From Bacteriovorax sp. (GTDB lineage: Bacteria > Bdellovibrionota > Bacteriovoracia > Bacteriovoracales > Bacteriovoracaceae): a DNA stretch of 60,652 bases. Location of the stretch: positions 1 through 60,652 of the forward strand of contig DAIQAU010000002.1 of assembly GCA_036781565.1 (NCBI GenBank), in the 5' to 3' direction. Shown here in pieces: positions 8,144 through 17,321 of the stretch. The notes beneath the pieces are model-generated. The model did no database searches. It saw only the letters and a program-made list of their open reading frames with translations, and had not been told where the DNA came from. Numbering within the stretch: the first letter of the stretch is position 1; each line of letters opens with the position of its first letter. A program made the position numbers and the translations under genes.

Positions 8144-9625
8144 TTAAATTCCAACCTGTGGTCTTAACCCTGTTCTATTAATAAATGGTTTCTTGAAAGC
8201 CACTTTTTCTTTCGCTTTCAACTTATTCCTCTCCAATACAAATCCATGATTCTCACCAACCTGTCGCTGTTGTGAAGTTAGATTTAAAACATGAGGTGTT
8301 CTTGATTTTATAAAATGAGATGCCTCTGGATTTTTTTTGAGTTTGTTCGCAACACTATTTCGATTGGTTCTTTGGACCAGGTACTCTCTAGCTTCCTTCT
8401 TATAATCGCCTAATGGTACAACCGCTTCCCTTTCAAATGAGGCTGCTTTGGCAGTGTAACTTTTATCTTCTGGAACCTTGGAATACTGATAGTTCTTTAA
8501 ATTTTGAGCTTCCTGATTTCTTGCAAACTTTGCTAAAGAATTCTCCTTACTATTTAGAACAGCATCAGCTCCAAGCACGGCCTTTTCTGAAATAGATGTT
8601 CTCTTCATTCCCTCTCTAATCTCTGAAAATTTGCTTTTAATTCCTCCCCCCTCGCTTGTAAGATTATTCAAAGTTGGCCCGATTCCTTTTGACTGACTGA
8701 TTTCGCTTGCTCTGTTGGAAACAGCTCCCTTAATCTTATTCATCAAAGGTCTAGAGGCACTGTTGTGAATTGCTCCACCAATCATTTGTGATTTACTTCC
8801 AATAAACTTAGAGGCCATCGAAGCGCCTCCAATCATTGTGGACATTGCGGCCATTTGACCGACATTTTCAGCAACACTAGTCACTCCAGTGTCTGTCATA
8901 ATTTTTGAAGTGATTAATGGAGTTAAAAGAAGAATAATCGTCATCACTAGAAGCTGAATTAAGCTTTCAAGGTTCTGAACAATTCCGCCTGAATAAGTTT
9001 TAAAAAAGGCATCAGAGTCCCCGATAAGTGCAAGAACAATCGCCACCACAAATGGCATGAGAATGCACCAGAGGCTTGTCTTTATAGCTCCTGTCAGACT
9101 CTTAGATGTTATTGGCAAGACGCTCAAGATCGCACACAATCCAAACAAAGCGATATTGAGATGGTAAATAAGGCTATAGAGCTGAGTCAGTAAAAAAAAG
9201 GCAACATAGGACAAAAGGAAGATAATCATCACGATAGGATCATTAACAACAATCTCCACAATACTCGTGAGTTTATTCCAAATTCCATTCTTAACACCAT
9301 TAACAGATTCTCCTTTAGCATTTTGATAGGCCGTTAAAAATTTGTTTTGAGGAGAATAGCGACTCAAAAGCTCAGAGCTTACTTTTAGACTTGTATCAAC
9401 TGCTTCAACATGAATTGGCACTAAAAGCTTAATCGCTAAAAACGCAATCACTGATCTCTTGGCCACACTTTTAAAATCGAAATTTGAAAAATACTCGACA
9501 GCCATTCCGATATAGAAGGCCGGAAGTAAAAATAAAAGAGCTGCCTGATTAAGGTAATTACTCAATCCCAAAACTTTTGGATTGGTAATTAAAAGTAAAT
9601 CCTTCAGCATTGAAGCACCAATCAT
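8144..9625 (-). CDS. VirB6/TrbL-like polytopic membrane protein
   Basis: Multiple TM segments followed by a Gly/Ala/Ser-rich and basic cytoplasmic tail. Confidence 0.7.
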   Translation of the reverse strand: MIGASMLKDLLLITNPKVLGLSNYLNQAALLFLLPAFYIGMAVEYFSNFDFKSVAKRSVIAFLAIKLLVPIHVEAVDTSLKVSSELLSRYSPQNKFLTAYQNAKGESVNGVKNGIWNKLTSIVEIVVNDPIVMIIFLLSYVAFFLLTQLYSLIYHLNIALFGLCAILSVLPITSKSLTGAIKTSLWCILMPFVVAIVLALIGDSDAFFKTYSGGIVQNLESLIQLLVMTIILLLTPLITSKIMTDTGVTSVAENVGQMAAMSTMIGGASMASKFIGSKSQMIGGAIHNSASRPLMNKIKGAVSNRASEISQSKGIGPTLNNLTSEGGGIKSKFSEIREGMKRTSISEKAVLGADAVLNSKENSLAKFARNQEAQNLKNYQYSKVPEDKSYTAKAASFEREAVVPLGDYKKEAREYLVQRTNRNSVANKLKKNPEASHFIKSRTPHVLNLTSQQRQVGENHGFVLERNKLKAKEKVAFKKPFINRTGLRPQVGI

Positions 9626-10341
9626 TGAGCATTCCTACTCTGCAATTTTGAGCTAGATATTTTGTAATATTGGTTACGCTCTTCTTTTTTTATGGTTTCA
9701 TCTTTCAATTCACGATTTAAAAGTTTGTTTTGCTCAGTAAGCTTCTCAGCAATAGCAGCACTCATTTGATTGCTTTCAACTTGTGCCTTATATGAGAGCG
9801 CAGTATTTTGGGCCATCAACTTTTGAGCTTCATTGGTAGATTGAACCTCCCCTGAGCGAATGACCTGGCTATTGGCAAAATTTAACTCTTGTCCTGTCCT
9901 TTGAACCTTTTCATCAAGAATGTTTTCTGCAATTTCGTTTCTTGCCTCATCAGTTCGATATTCGTTGATTAGAGATCTTAGGGATTCCGTCTCACTTTTT
10001 AAGGCACGAATTGCTGAATTAAGTGCCTCGAGATCTTTTGGATCACGCTTTGATAGGTCAACATAGTTTTGAGCAATATAATGAATTCTCTCTGCTCTAA
10101 AATACTGATCACGAGCTATTTGATTATATTTTTCCATCAGTCCCGTATATTTCTCAGCATTGGAAAGTAGTTTTTCTAATTCGTTTAACTGACTTGCAGA
10201 AGTTGAGACTAAATTAAACAACAAGGCCGTATCACTGTCGGGTGTCCATAGTGTGGAAGCACGAGCAATTGGTGAATACCCAAAAAATCCATAAGCAAGG
10301 CCAAGAGTCATGGCCAAATAAGCAACAAATAAATTACGCAC
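9622..10341 (-). CDS. VirB5/TrbJ-like secreted coiled-coil protein
   Basis: GTG start with GGAGG RBS overlapping the virB4 stop; signal peptide; helical Gln-rich body (AQKLMAQN). Confidence 0.6.
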   Translation of the reverse strand: MRNLFVAYLAMTLGLAYGFFGYSPIARASTLWTPDSDTALLFNLVSTSASQLNELEKLLSNAEKYTGLMEKYNQIARDQYFRAERIHYIAQNYVDLSKRDPKDLEALNSAIRALKSETESLRSLINEYRTDEARNEIAENILDEKVQRTGQELNFANSQVIRSGEVQSTNEAQKLMAQNTALSYKAQVESNQMSAAIAEKLTEQNKLLNRELKDETIKKEERNQYYKISSSKLQSRNAQ

Positions 10342-12262
10342 TAAAACCTCCATAATAATATTTAAAATCAATAAAACGATCGACGATGTCCCAGAAAGGA
10401 AAAAATGCAGAATAATGTTCATGGAATCGATCGAAGATTTCTCGATCTTTGTGGTAGCTAGTAAAGAGTTCATACTCTAAAGGCAGTGGATAAAAACGAG
10501 CTGTCTTTTTACTGTTCTCTGTTTTTATATAGAACTCTGAATATACCTTTCTCTTTGTAGAGAGCATCTTGATTTTTTCCACGTCGAAATAATCAAGCTC
10601 ACTAGAATTCTCCACGCTTTGTTGAAAGAGAAATTTAGTTGAACAAAGTTTGGCGATGACTTTTCCTAATTCATTTTCAGTGAAGTCATTAATTCCTTGT
10701 GAAATTGCAATTGGACTTGCACCTGACTTTCTAAAAGTCCTAAAGCATTCTGAAATGTACTTCGCGTTGTTGCGTAGAAAATCCCAGACCTCATCAAAAA
10801 TAAATATTCTCTTTCCTTCAAGGTTTTTAAAGGCCTCTATTAAAAAAATAATTAACGGGGCCTTAATTTTGTCTGGATATAAACTTGTATCAACGTAGGT
10901 AAAATTGGTTAGAACTCTCTCTTCATTATCAAAGTAGTTCCATAGTTCAGAAAAATACAATTCGAAGTCAGGAATCTGGGACGCTATTCTCAGGATCAAA
11001 TCTTTGAATGAATTCACTAAAAGAAGATTTTCTTCAATAAGAAAAAATATTTTTCCTTCTAATTTTGCACTTAATTCATTAGCAGGAATCACACTTATGA
11101 TTAATTCTTTTAAATAATGAGGGGACTTAAACTGAAGCGGATTAAACGAAAGGCTTAGGCTTTCTCCCCCATAATATTTTGCAGTCTTTTTAAATGAATT
11201 CCCTAAATCCAATACAACTGCCGAAGCTCCTTTTGAAAGTTCTTCAACTAGAATCTTTTGGGCAATCATGGACTTCCCAGCTCCTGATTGCCCGGAGATT
11301 AAAACATTAAAGTTAAGGGCCGATTCATCAAAAAGATTAAAGCGAATTGAATTTCCACGGGTACTAAAAAACTCAATACCGTTTTGATGAAGAACATCAT
11401 GCTTTAGAGGAAGCATGTTTACCAAATAACTGCTTGGTGTTTGATGTGTCCTTTTAAACAAGGGTGCTACCCCAGACAAAATTGTAGGAAAAAGTTCGTG
11501 AAGTCCTTCAGCCTCTATGTACGGTATGATTTCAGCTTGCTTTAAATCACCGATTAGTTCCTTCGTTTTCTGATTCAATTCTTCAAGTGAATGGGCTTTT
11601 AAAATGAGCCACGCCTCAACTTCAAAGAGATTTTCTTCCCCTTCTAACATTGATTCAGTAATTTTCTCTGCTTCACTAAAGCTGGCTTCACTTTCTAAAT
11701 TTCTAATATTGGAATAAAGATTCGAATGATGAAGTTTTCTTTGAGTATTCACTCGTCTCTTTGAAATCAATGGGTCGAGCTTCCTAAAAAAGACGCAGTA
11801 ATTTCCGTAATCCATGAGAGCTGAAGGATGAATTTTCTTAGTGAACTCGTAAAGATTAATGAGCCTAATATATTGTCCATTTATCTTTACAAAATCATCA
11901 CCTAAGATGGCATCACTATTTGCAATATCATCTTCAATTAAAAGTCGATTTATTTCACCTGATTCAGAAACATCAATCAATTCTAAACTTGATAACTTTA
12001 AGTCACCTTCACAATTGCTTTCCAAATAGATCGATTCGTTTAGCGAATAAAATTTAAAAAAATAATCCTCATTCGATGAATGAACATTTTTGAATCCAAA
12101 AAAGTCATTTAATTTTTGAGACTTCTTAAAATCTATCTCATTTTTCTTAATTGGCGTTTGATTGAGACTAATTCGTAATTCGCTTAAGAAGTTAAGAATT
12201 CCATCATTATTCATTTGCTCTAAGTCAGGAGGAATGACTTTATACAATTTGAATTTTTTCAT
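10334..12262 (-). CDS. virB4: VirB4/TraC-like T4SS ATPase
   Basis: Walker A GQSGAGKS, LDLGNSF, FNP, Walker B IFDEVW, FRKSG. Confidence 0.9.
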   Translation of the reverse strand: MKKFKLYKVIPPDLEQMNNDGILNFLSELRISLNQTPIKKNEIDFKKSQKLNDFFGFKNVHSSNEDYFFKFYSLNESIYLESNCEGDLKLSSLELIDVSESGEINRLLIEDDIANSDAILGDDFVKINGQYIRLINLYEFTKKIHPSALMDYGNYCVFFRKLDPLISKRRVNTQRKLHHSNLYSNIRNLESEASFSEAEKITESMLEGEENLFEVEAWLILKAHSLEELNQKTKELIGDLKQAEIIPYIEAEGLHELFPTILSGVAPLFKRTHQTPSSYLVNMLPLKHDVLHQNGIEFFSTRGNSIRFNLFDESALNFNVLISGQSGAGKSMIAQKILVEELSKGASAVVLDLGNSFKKTAKYYGGESLSLSFNPLQFKSPHYLKELIISVIPANELSAKLEGKIFFLIEENLLLVNSFKDLILRIASQIPDFELYFSELWNYFDNEERVLTNFTYVDTSLYPDKIKAPLIIFLIEAFKNLEGKRIFIFDEVWDFLRNNAKYISECFRTFRKSGASPIAISQGINDFTENELGKVIAKLCSTKFLFQQSVENSSELDYFDVEKIKMLSTKRKVYSEFYIKTENSKKTARFYPLPLEYELFTSYHKDREIFDRFHEHYSAFFPFWDIVDRFIDFKYYYGGFSA

Positions 12263-12515
12263 TTAGAGTACTCCTTTTGATGATTTTTCTTTTATTAAAA
12301 AGAAACTCAAAATAACGGCGAGGAAAGAACTTCCTCACCGCAATTAATCCAAGATAAAAAATAATTGTTGTTCCTAAGATTACGAGCTGACTCGCACCTA
12401 TAATTTGCATAAAGACCATGACTCCACTTAAGCGAAATAAATCTGAAAGATTAATTCCCCAGATCAAGGGTTCACTTTTTAAAAAACTTGGATAAGTTGC
12501 TAGTAAGTTTTCCAT
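12240..12515 (-). CDS. VirB3-like small membrane protein
   Basis: PLIWGI plus two TM segments, between the pilin gene and virB4. Confidence 0.65.
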   Translation of the reverse strand: MENLLATYPSFLKSEPLIWGINLSDLFRLSGVMVFMQIIGASQLVILGTTIIFYLGLIAVRKFFPRRYFEFLFNKRKIIKRSTLNEKIQIV

Positions 12516-12833
12516 CTAGCCCACCACGCTTTTAAGCCAGTTAAAAACTGAACTACCCCCAAGTGAAATAAGGGCTGCCATCAAAGTTGTTGACATGAAT
12601 TGTGCTCCCCTTGGATGGCCAACAATCATAAAGATGGCCGAAATCGCAAATCCCAAGGGCACTAACAAGTTGGCCAAGGTTCCCGTTTTGGTAGAGAGAT
12701 TACTCGCAATTGATTCCAAATCACGTGCGACTGCCGGATTACTCATGAATCCAAAAAGCAATGTCGAAAAAATGAGAGATGACCAATAATTTAGTGGAAG
12801 TAAAGCACGTACTTTTAAATTCATTTTTTTCAT
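12516..12833 (-). CDS. VirB2/TrbC-like pilin
   Basis: Long signal peptide (AVA|R) followed by two hydrophobic helices. Confidence 0.7.
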   Translation of the reverse strand: MKKMNLKVRALLPLNYWSSLIFSTLLFGFMSNPAVARDLESIASNLSTKTGTLANLLVPLGFAISAIFMIVGHPRGAQFMSTTLMAALISLGGSSVFNWLKSVVG

Positions 12834-12849
12834 CTAAACTCCATGTTTC

Positions 12850-14805
12850 TTAATTAAAATAATTTGTAATTTTTGAGCTGATCGAAAGAGAAAAATTTTG
12901 ATCGTAGTCGATATCATCCATGAGTTTTAAACTAAGGATGCTCGCCGCTCCTGTATTATTTGGATACATTCGAGTATTGACGATTTCTTTTTCAATCACT
13001 GCCAAATCTAGTGATTCCTTAGAAACTTCACCACCATATTGCCCATTAGCGAGACTAATCGTTGAAAGATTTCCAGGTCCACTTGTGCACCAAGGAGAAT
13101 TCTGATTTCCTCCTTGAGAAATTAATTTAATGCCCCGATGATTTTTGGTTAGATTAGAGATCATTGCCAATGAGATATGATTCTCGTCAGATTGTTTAAG
13201 AGATTTAATTTTTGAAATATCATCGATTGTAATTAAAAAGCTGAAGTCTAAATTCCGAACTACAACCTTTTTTTCTGAGATAAGCGTCGACAGCTTAAAT
13301 CTTTCTTCATTAACTACGAGGTAGAGATTTTCCCATTCTTCATTGTAATTGATTGTTAATTTAAAATTCCTATTAAACTCTACACTTTTATTTCCTATCC
13401 ATTGACATGAATAACTTAAAACACTACCGTTTCCACCGCCACCAAAAGTCCAGCTTCCACTAAAGGGTGTTGGAACCACTTCATGTCCAAATCTACTTAA
13501 TCCTTTAATCGCAAATTCAATTTTGGAATTGGGACTCACTATTCCTAAAGGAATCACCGTCTCATTGTTCATTACTGATGAAACTTTTGAATTAAATGAA
13601 GTCTGAAAATATTCAATTCTAGAAGAAAGGTCACTGCCAGTTATATAGGAAAGAGTGATCTGATCATTTGGAGTATATAAATGATCCATAAAATGCTCTT
13701 TAAACTTATTCGTTAAAACAAACCAATTGCCTAGTTTATCTTTAGTTTTGAGATCAACTAGATGTTCAAAGCCACCAAGATTATTTTCGTACTGCCCGAT
13801 CTTTTTTAACGAATTGCTTTCGACTACATAATTTTTTGCAAAAATTCTGTTGAGAACTTCAAGAAAACTTATTCCACCTGATCCACTTGCGACAAAGTAA
13901 ATTACATTTTCTGATGGTGTTGTTAGCAAAACTGGAATTGTCTTTGCTTTTACTCCTGCAATTAAGGTTTTGTAGTCTTTATCTAATTCTGGGATGAAAT
14001 AATTATCAATTTCAGAAACCAGAAACTCGCCATGTCTTAAATAAGTTTCTCGCAGAAAAGTAACTGGAACATTTTCGATTTCGACTGAGAAGTTTTCGTT
14101 GATATTTCTTTGAAAGGTGCGATTGATTAAGACATTTTTCAATAAAACATATGTGTCTTTCTCGATATCGTGATAGTAAAAATTTACACTTAAATCTTTA
14201 ATCTCTTTAAATCGAACACCTGTAAGCTTCACAGAACTATCCAGTGTCAGCGTTACTGAGAATTTTTCAAACTTAGCACCTGATGAAGAATCTTCACCAT
14301 CAATAATAGTTCTAAACTTTAAGATATCCGAATGGAGCATTAACGGGTCTAGTGTTGGGTATTTGACCCAAGTAAAGTCTTCGCTTTTAATTTCACCATA
14401 AGAATGTCCAGAAAAGCGCCCAACTTTTGCGGCAAAATTCATTGAATTTTCCACTCCGAAAAGTTTTCCTACTCTGTACTTGAACGAAGGATCAGTATCT
14501 TTTCTTTTTGATGATAGAGTCAGCGTGCGAGGTGTATTATCGTTAACTTGGTTATAACTTACATCAATTGTGAAATTTTGAATGAAGCTTGACTCTAAGA
14601 CTGGAACGTCAGCAATTAATGCGTCTGTGCCTCTTTCAATTTCATCTTTATTTAAAATCCCATCGCCATCGCTATCAATATTGGGATCAAGCTTTAACTC
14701 TGAAGTCGTAGAGGTGGCCCCACCACTTCCCTCAGGCAGATTTCCATTTTTAAACGAGCATGAGATCGTGGCCATACAAATACCAATAAAAATAATCTTA
14801 TTCAT
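12850..14805 (-). CDS. Large lipoprotein with Ca-binding DxDxDG repeat; candidate mating adhesin
   Basis: Lipobox ATISC; DSDGDGILNKDEIERGTDALIADVP motif; beta-rich body; first large gene of the transfer operon. Confidence 0.6.
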   Translation of the reverse strand: MNKIIFIGICMATISCSFKNGNLPEGSGGATSTTSELKLDPNIDSDGDGILNKDEIERGTDALIADVPVLESSFIQNFTIDVSYNQVNDNTPRTLTLSSKRKDTDPSFKYRVGKLFGVENSMNFAAKVGRFSGHSYGEIKSEDFTWVKYPTLDPLMLHSDILKFRTIIDGEDSSSGAKFEKFSVTLTLDSSVKLTGVRFKEIKDLSVNFYYHDIEKDTYVLLKNVLINRTFQRNINENFSVEIENVPVTFLRETYLRHGEFLVSEIDNYFIPELDKDYKTLIAGVKAKTIPVLLTTPSENVIYFVASGSGGISFLEVLNRIFAKNYVVESNSLKKIGQYENNLGGFEHLVDLKTKDKLGNWFVLTNKFKEHFMDHLYTPNDQITLSYITGSDLSSRIEYFQTSFNSKVSSVMNNETVIPLGIVSPNSKIEFAIKGLSRFGHEVVPTPFSGSWTFGGGGNGSVLSYSCQWIGNKSVEFNRNFKLTINYNEEWENLYLVVNEERFKLSTLISEKKVVVRNLDFSFLITIDDISKIKSLKQSDENHISLAMISNLTKNHRGIKLISQGGNQNSPWCTSGPGNLSTISLANGQYGGEVSKESLDLAVIEKEIVNTRMYPNNTGAASILSLKLMDDIDYDQNFSLSISSKITNYFN

Positions 14806-14819
14806 GTTTCCTCAGAGAT

Positions 14820-15029
14820 TTAAGTTAATTGAATGCTTGTTAGAGAATTTATTGGGAAGATAACGAGAATTCCAAGTGCTTCAATTGTGTGAAGATAACC
14901 TTCTTTGAAATCATAAAGAATTCCTCTAAAGGTTCTGCCAGTTTTAGTAACAATTTTTAGTTCATCTCCTTTTCTAAGTTTTGGCCGTTTTCCCTCTCTT
15001 AATTGTTTCAAAAGACAAAAAGTTTCCAT
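14820..15029 (-). CDS. Small Sm/Hfq-like or SH3-like beta-barrel protein
   Basis: Strong RBS AAGGAGG; LKIVTKTGRTFRGILYDF...VIFPINSLTSI pattern. Confidence 0.5.
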   Translation of the reverse strand: METFCLLKQLREGKRPKLRKGDELKIVTKTGRTFRGILYDFKEGYLHTIEALGILVIFPINSLTSIQLT

Positions 15030-15110
15030 TTCCCCTCCTTTGGGTAAAAAAATACCTTCCCGTGACTTTGCACAGGTGATGGTTCGTTAGCTGTGTGAAT
15101 TGCTAATTGA

Positions 15111-15614
15111 TTAGTTTAAAAATTGTGGATCAAGATATTTCCATAATGTTGGATCTTCGCCATCAAAATATTTCTTATCTAATGCTTCGATCTCATCGCG
15201 AGCTTTATCCGAAGGTTCATTTCTCAGTAAATCACTTGCGGCAAGAACATAATAAGTATATTTTTCAGCGAGCATATCAATGTCGTTCTTGCTAAAGTCA
15301 TAATTTTTTAGAATGAGAAATTTCAAAAAATGTTCAGGACACCGACAAGCGATATGCGCTTCTAAAGAAGCCCCCACCCGATCAAAATTATTTCCTGTCA
15401 GATATGCAACAATATGATCAAATGAATTCAACTCTAATTGGAAATCAGAATAAATTTGGAAGTCGCCAAAAATCTTTATTGCTTTGTTTTGCCACCCAAC
15501 GACTTCAAGATCTTTTTTTATTGTATCTTTAAAAAAATTAAATCTGATATCAGTTGTATCTACGACATTTAATGCCGCTTCTGTTTCTTCATTTTTCACT
15601 AAATCTAGTTTCAT
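15111..15614 (-). CDS. Hypothetical protein, first gene of the leftward transfer transcript
   Basis: AGGAGT RBS before MKLDL (15614); no recognisable family. Confidence 0.6.
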   Translation of the reverse strand: MKLDLVKNEETEAALNVVDTTDIRFNFFKDTIKKDLEVVGWQNKAIKIFGDFQIYSDFQLELNSFDHIVAYLTGNNFDRVGASLEAHIACRCPEHFLKFLILKNYDFSKNDIDMLAEKYTYYVLAASDLLRNEPSDKARDEIEALDKKYFDGEDPTLWKYLDPQFLN

Positions 15615-15699
15615 TATGTCACTCCTGAACTTTTTGGTGAGAACAAAACTAAAAAATAGATGAAAGAAAAACAATCCATTTTTCTTTTTTGAAAAACAA

Positions 15700-15973
15700 A
15701 GTTCACCATGGTGACGATGAAATATTTTTTAAGATTTATAAATGGAGAGAATTCTTTGAAACGAATTTGCCACCATGACTAATTGTCGCCACTGTGGCGA
15801 CAATTTTCCACTTTCTTTTTAGAGACGAACGATCACTTGGGTATTGAAATGGCCCCGATTGAATGAGTATTGAGATTTCTTGATATTGAATTCATCGCCA
15901 TCATGGCGACAGAACTTATCTAACTATGTGATCCACGTTTCAAAAATGAAAAATTGAAAAACCACCGTGGCGA
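15700..15973. promoter_or_regulatory. Array of five operator sites, consensus TCGCCA-N3-TGGCGA
   Basis: Perfect AATTGTCGCCAC-T-GTGGCGACAATT (15781-15805) and TCGCCA-TCA-TGGCGA (15895-15909); degenerate copies at 15700-15714, 15767-15781 and 15959-15973. Confidence 0.8.
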
Positions 15974-16089
15974 ACTATTTTAAATAGTCCCAATTAGGCC
16001 CTATAAAATATTCATGTTGTAAGATAAACAACTTTCATAAGGAATTTTTATGCTAGTAAAAGCCTTCCAAATAATAAAACGGGGATCAA

Positions 16090-16896
16090 GTGAACTTAGA
16101 AACTAGTTCAGTTGTTTCAGACAACGACATCGAGATTAATACGGGTAAGTGCGAGCGAATTAAAGCTTGTATTGACTCTTATTTGGAAAAAAATCCTCGC
16201 CTAAAGTTGATCAACGTAGAAGATAAAACATCTGTTCCTCACTCTACACTCAGAAGGATCATGAACCTAAAGGGTAATCCCCAACCAGAAGCTGTTATCA
16301 AAATTTTTCGCTCTCTCGGACTAGATAATGATCTCTTAAAATACATGAAAGATTATCATCCAGACATTGCGACTGTTATGTCTGCTCAAAGTGGCCATAA
16401 CCAGGAATATGAATATGTCGCCGATGAAGATCGTCATTATTTTCTCGACGAACAAAACTTTTTGATTCTTAGTTTGGCCTATACCACGAGTGGTACTACT
16501 GAAAATGAAATCAGATTTGAATTAGGCGAAAGAGGTATTGTAAAGTTCTACGAGCTGATCGAGAAAGGACTCATAATGAGACTTGAGAATGGCCGAGTAG
16601 TAGGTAAAATAAAAGATTTTAAACTACCCTTCTCTGACGTTAAGAAAAGAGTCGAATTTGCTTTAAAGCACTATCGACTTGATGAGGCCGGAAATATCAA
16701 TAATTGGTTAAGCTATCAGACAGAATCGCTTAACGAGAGCGGCCTTAAGGCCTTGAAAACTCTTCAACAAAAACAATTTAACGAACGTAAAGAGCAAATT
16801 TTTAATAATCCTGTGTACTTAGGGAATGTAAAAGTCTATAGTGCAACCGTTTCAAGCACCTTTGTTCCGTATAATGAATCGGGAGTATTAGAATGA
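16090..16896 (+). CDS. Transcriptional regulator: N-terminal XRE-like HTH plus DUF4423/TIGR02147-like C-terminal region
   Basis: VPHSTLRRIMN HTH, central wHTH (ELIEKGLI), C-terminal strand-helix-strand; divergent from the transfer operon. Confidence 0.65.
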   Translation: MNLETSSVVSDNDIEINTGKCERIKACIDSYLEKNPRLKLINVEDKTSVPHSTLRRIMNLKGNPQPEAVIKIFRSLGLDNDLLKYMKDYHPDIATVMSAQSGHNQEYEYVADEDRHYFLDEQNFLILSLAYTTSGTTENEIRFELGERGIVKFYELIEKGLIMRLENGRVVGKIKDFKLPFSDVKKRVEFALKHYRLDEAGNINNWLSYQTESLNESGLKALKTLQQKQFNERKEQIFNNPVYLGNVKVYSATVSSTFVPYNESGVLE

Positions 16897-17189
16897 AAAA
16901 TCTACTTCGACTTACATATTTAGGATTAGCGATTGTTGGATTAAATGCCAATGCGTCTTACAATATCAAATCTGTAGAGTTAATCGATTCGACGATCATT
17001 GATGGCTCAGAAGTCTCTGCATTTTCTGTGAATAACAACGACTCAACTCTTGAATCTATCGAAACTTACGATGGTCAGATCATTCAAGCATCGGAAGTAA
17101 AGAAAGTATTAATAACTAAACCACTTAATAATAAATTAGAAGTTCAAGCAGCTAGAATGAAAGTTGGCGGAGAGGGATCAGGGGGCTGA
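16893..17189 (+). CDS. Small secreted protein with internal duplication and C-terminal GGEGSGG; candidate signalling propeptide
   Basis: Signal peptide (ANA|S); repeats IKSVELIDSTIIDGSEV / LESIETYDGQIIQASEV; ATGA overlap with the regulator stop. Confidence 0.7.
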   Translation: MKNLLRLTYLGLAIVGLNANASYNIKSVELIDSTIIDGSEVSAFSVNNNDSTLESIETYDGQIIQASEVKKVLITKPLNNKLEVQAARMKVGGEGSGG

Positions 17190-17321
17190 TTCTTTTTTCC
17201 ATTTTTATCTGACTCAATGAACATTTTATTTTCCCAAAATAACATACGCCCATACTTAAATCTTAGATCTTTCCTTTCAAATTTTTTTGCCGGACCCATT
17301 TAATGATTTTATTCTTATGGC

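Noticed and set aside
4508..14863. Plus-strand short ORFs inside the T4SS operon (4508, 6455, 6737, 7908, 8413, 10650, 12595, 12920, 14582) and 7597 on the minus strand
   Set aside because: Antisense or out-of-frame shadows of well-supported genes.
15700..15973. Repeats considered as a CRISPR or iteron array
   Set aside because: Short dyads with irregular spacing and no cas or rep gene; they fit operators better.
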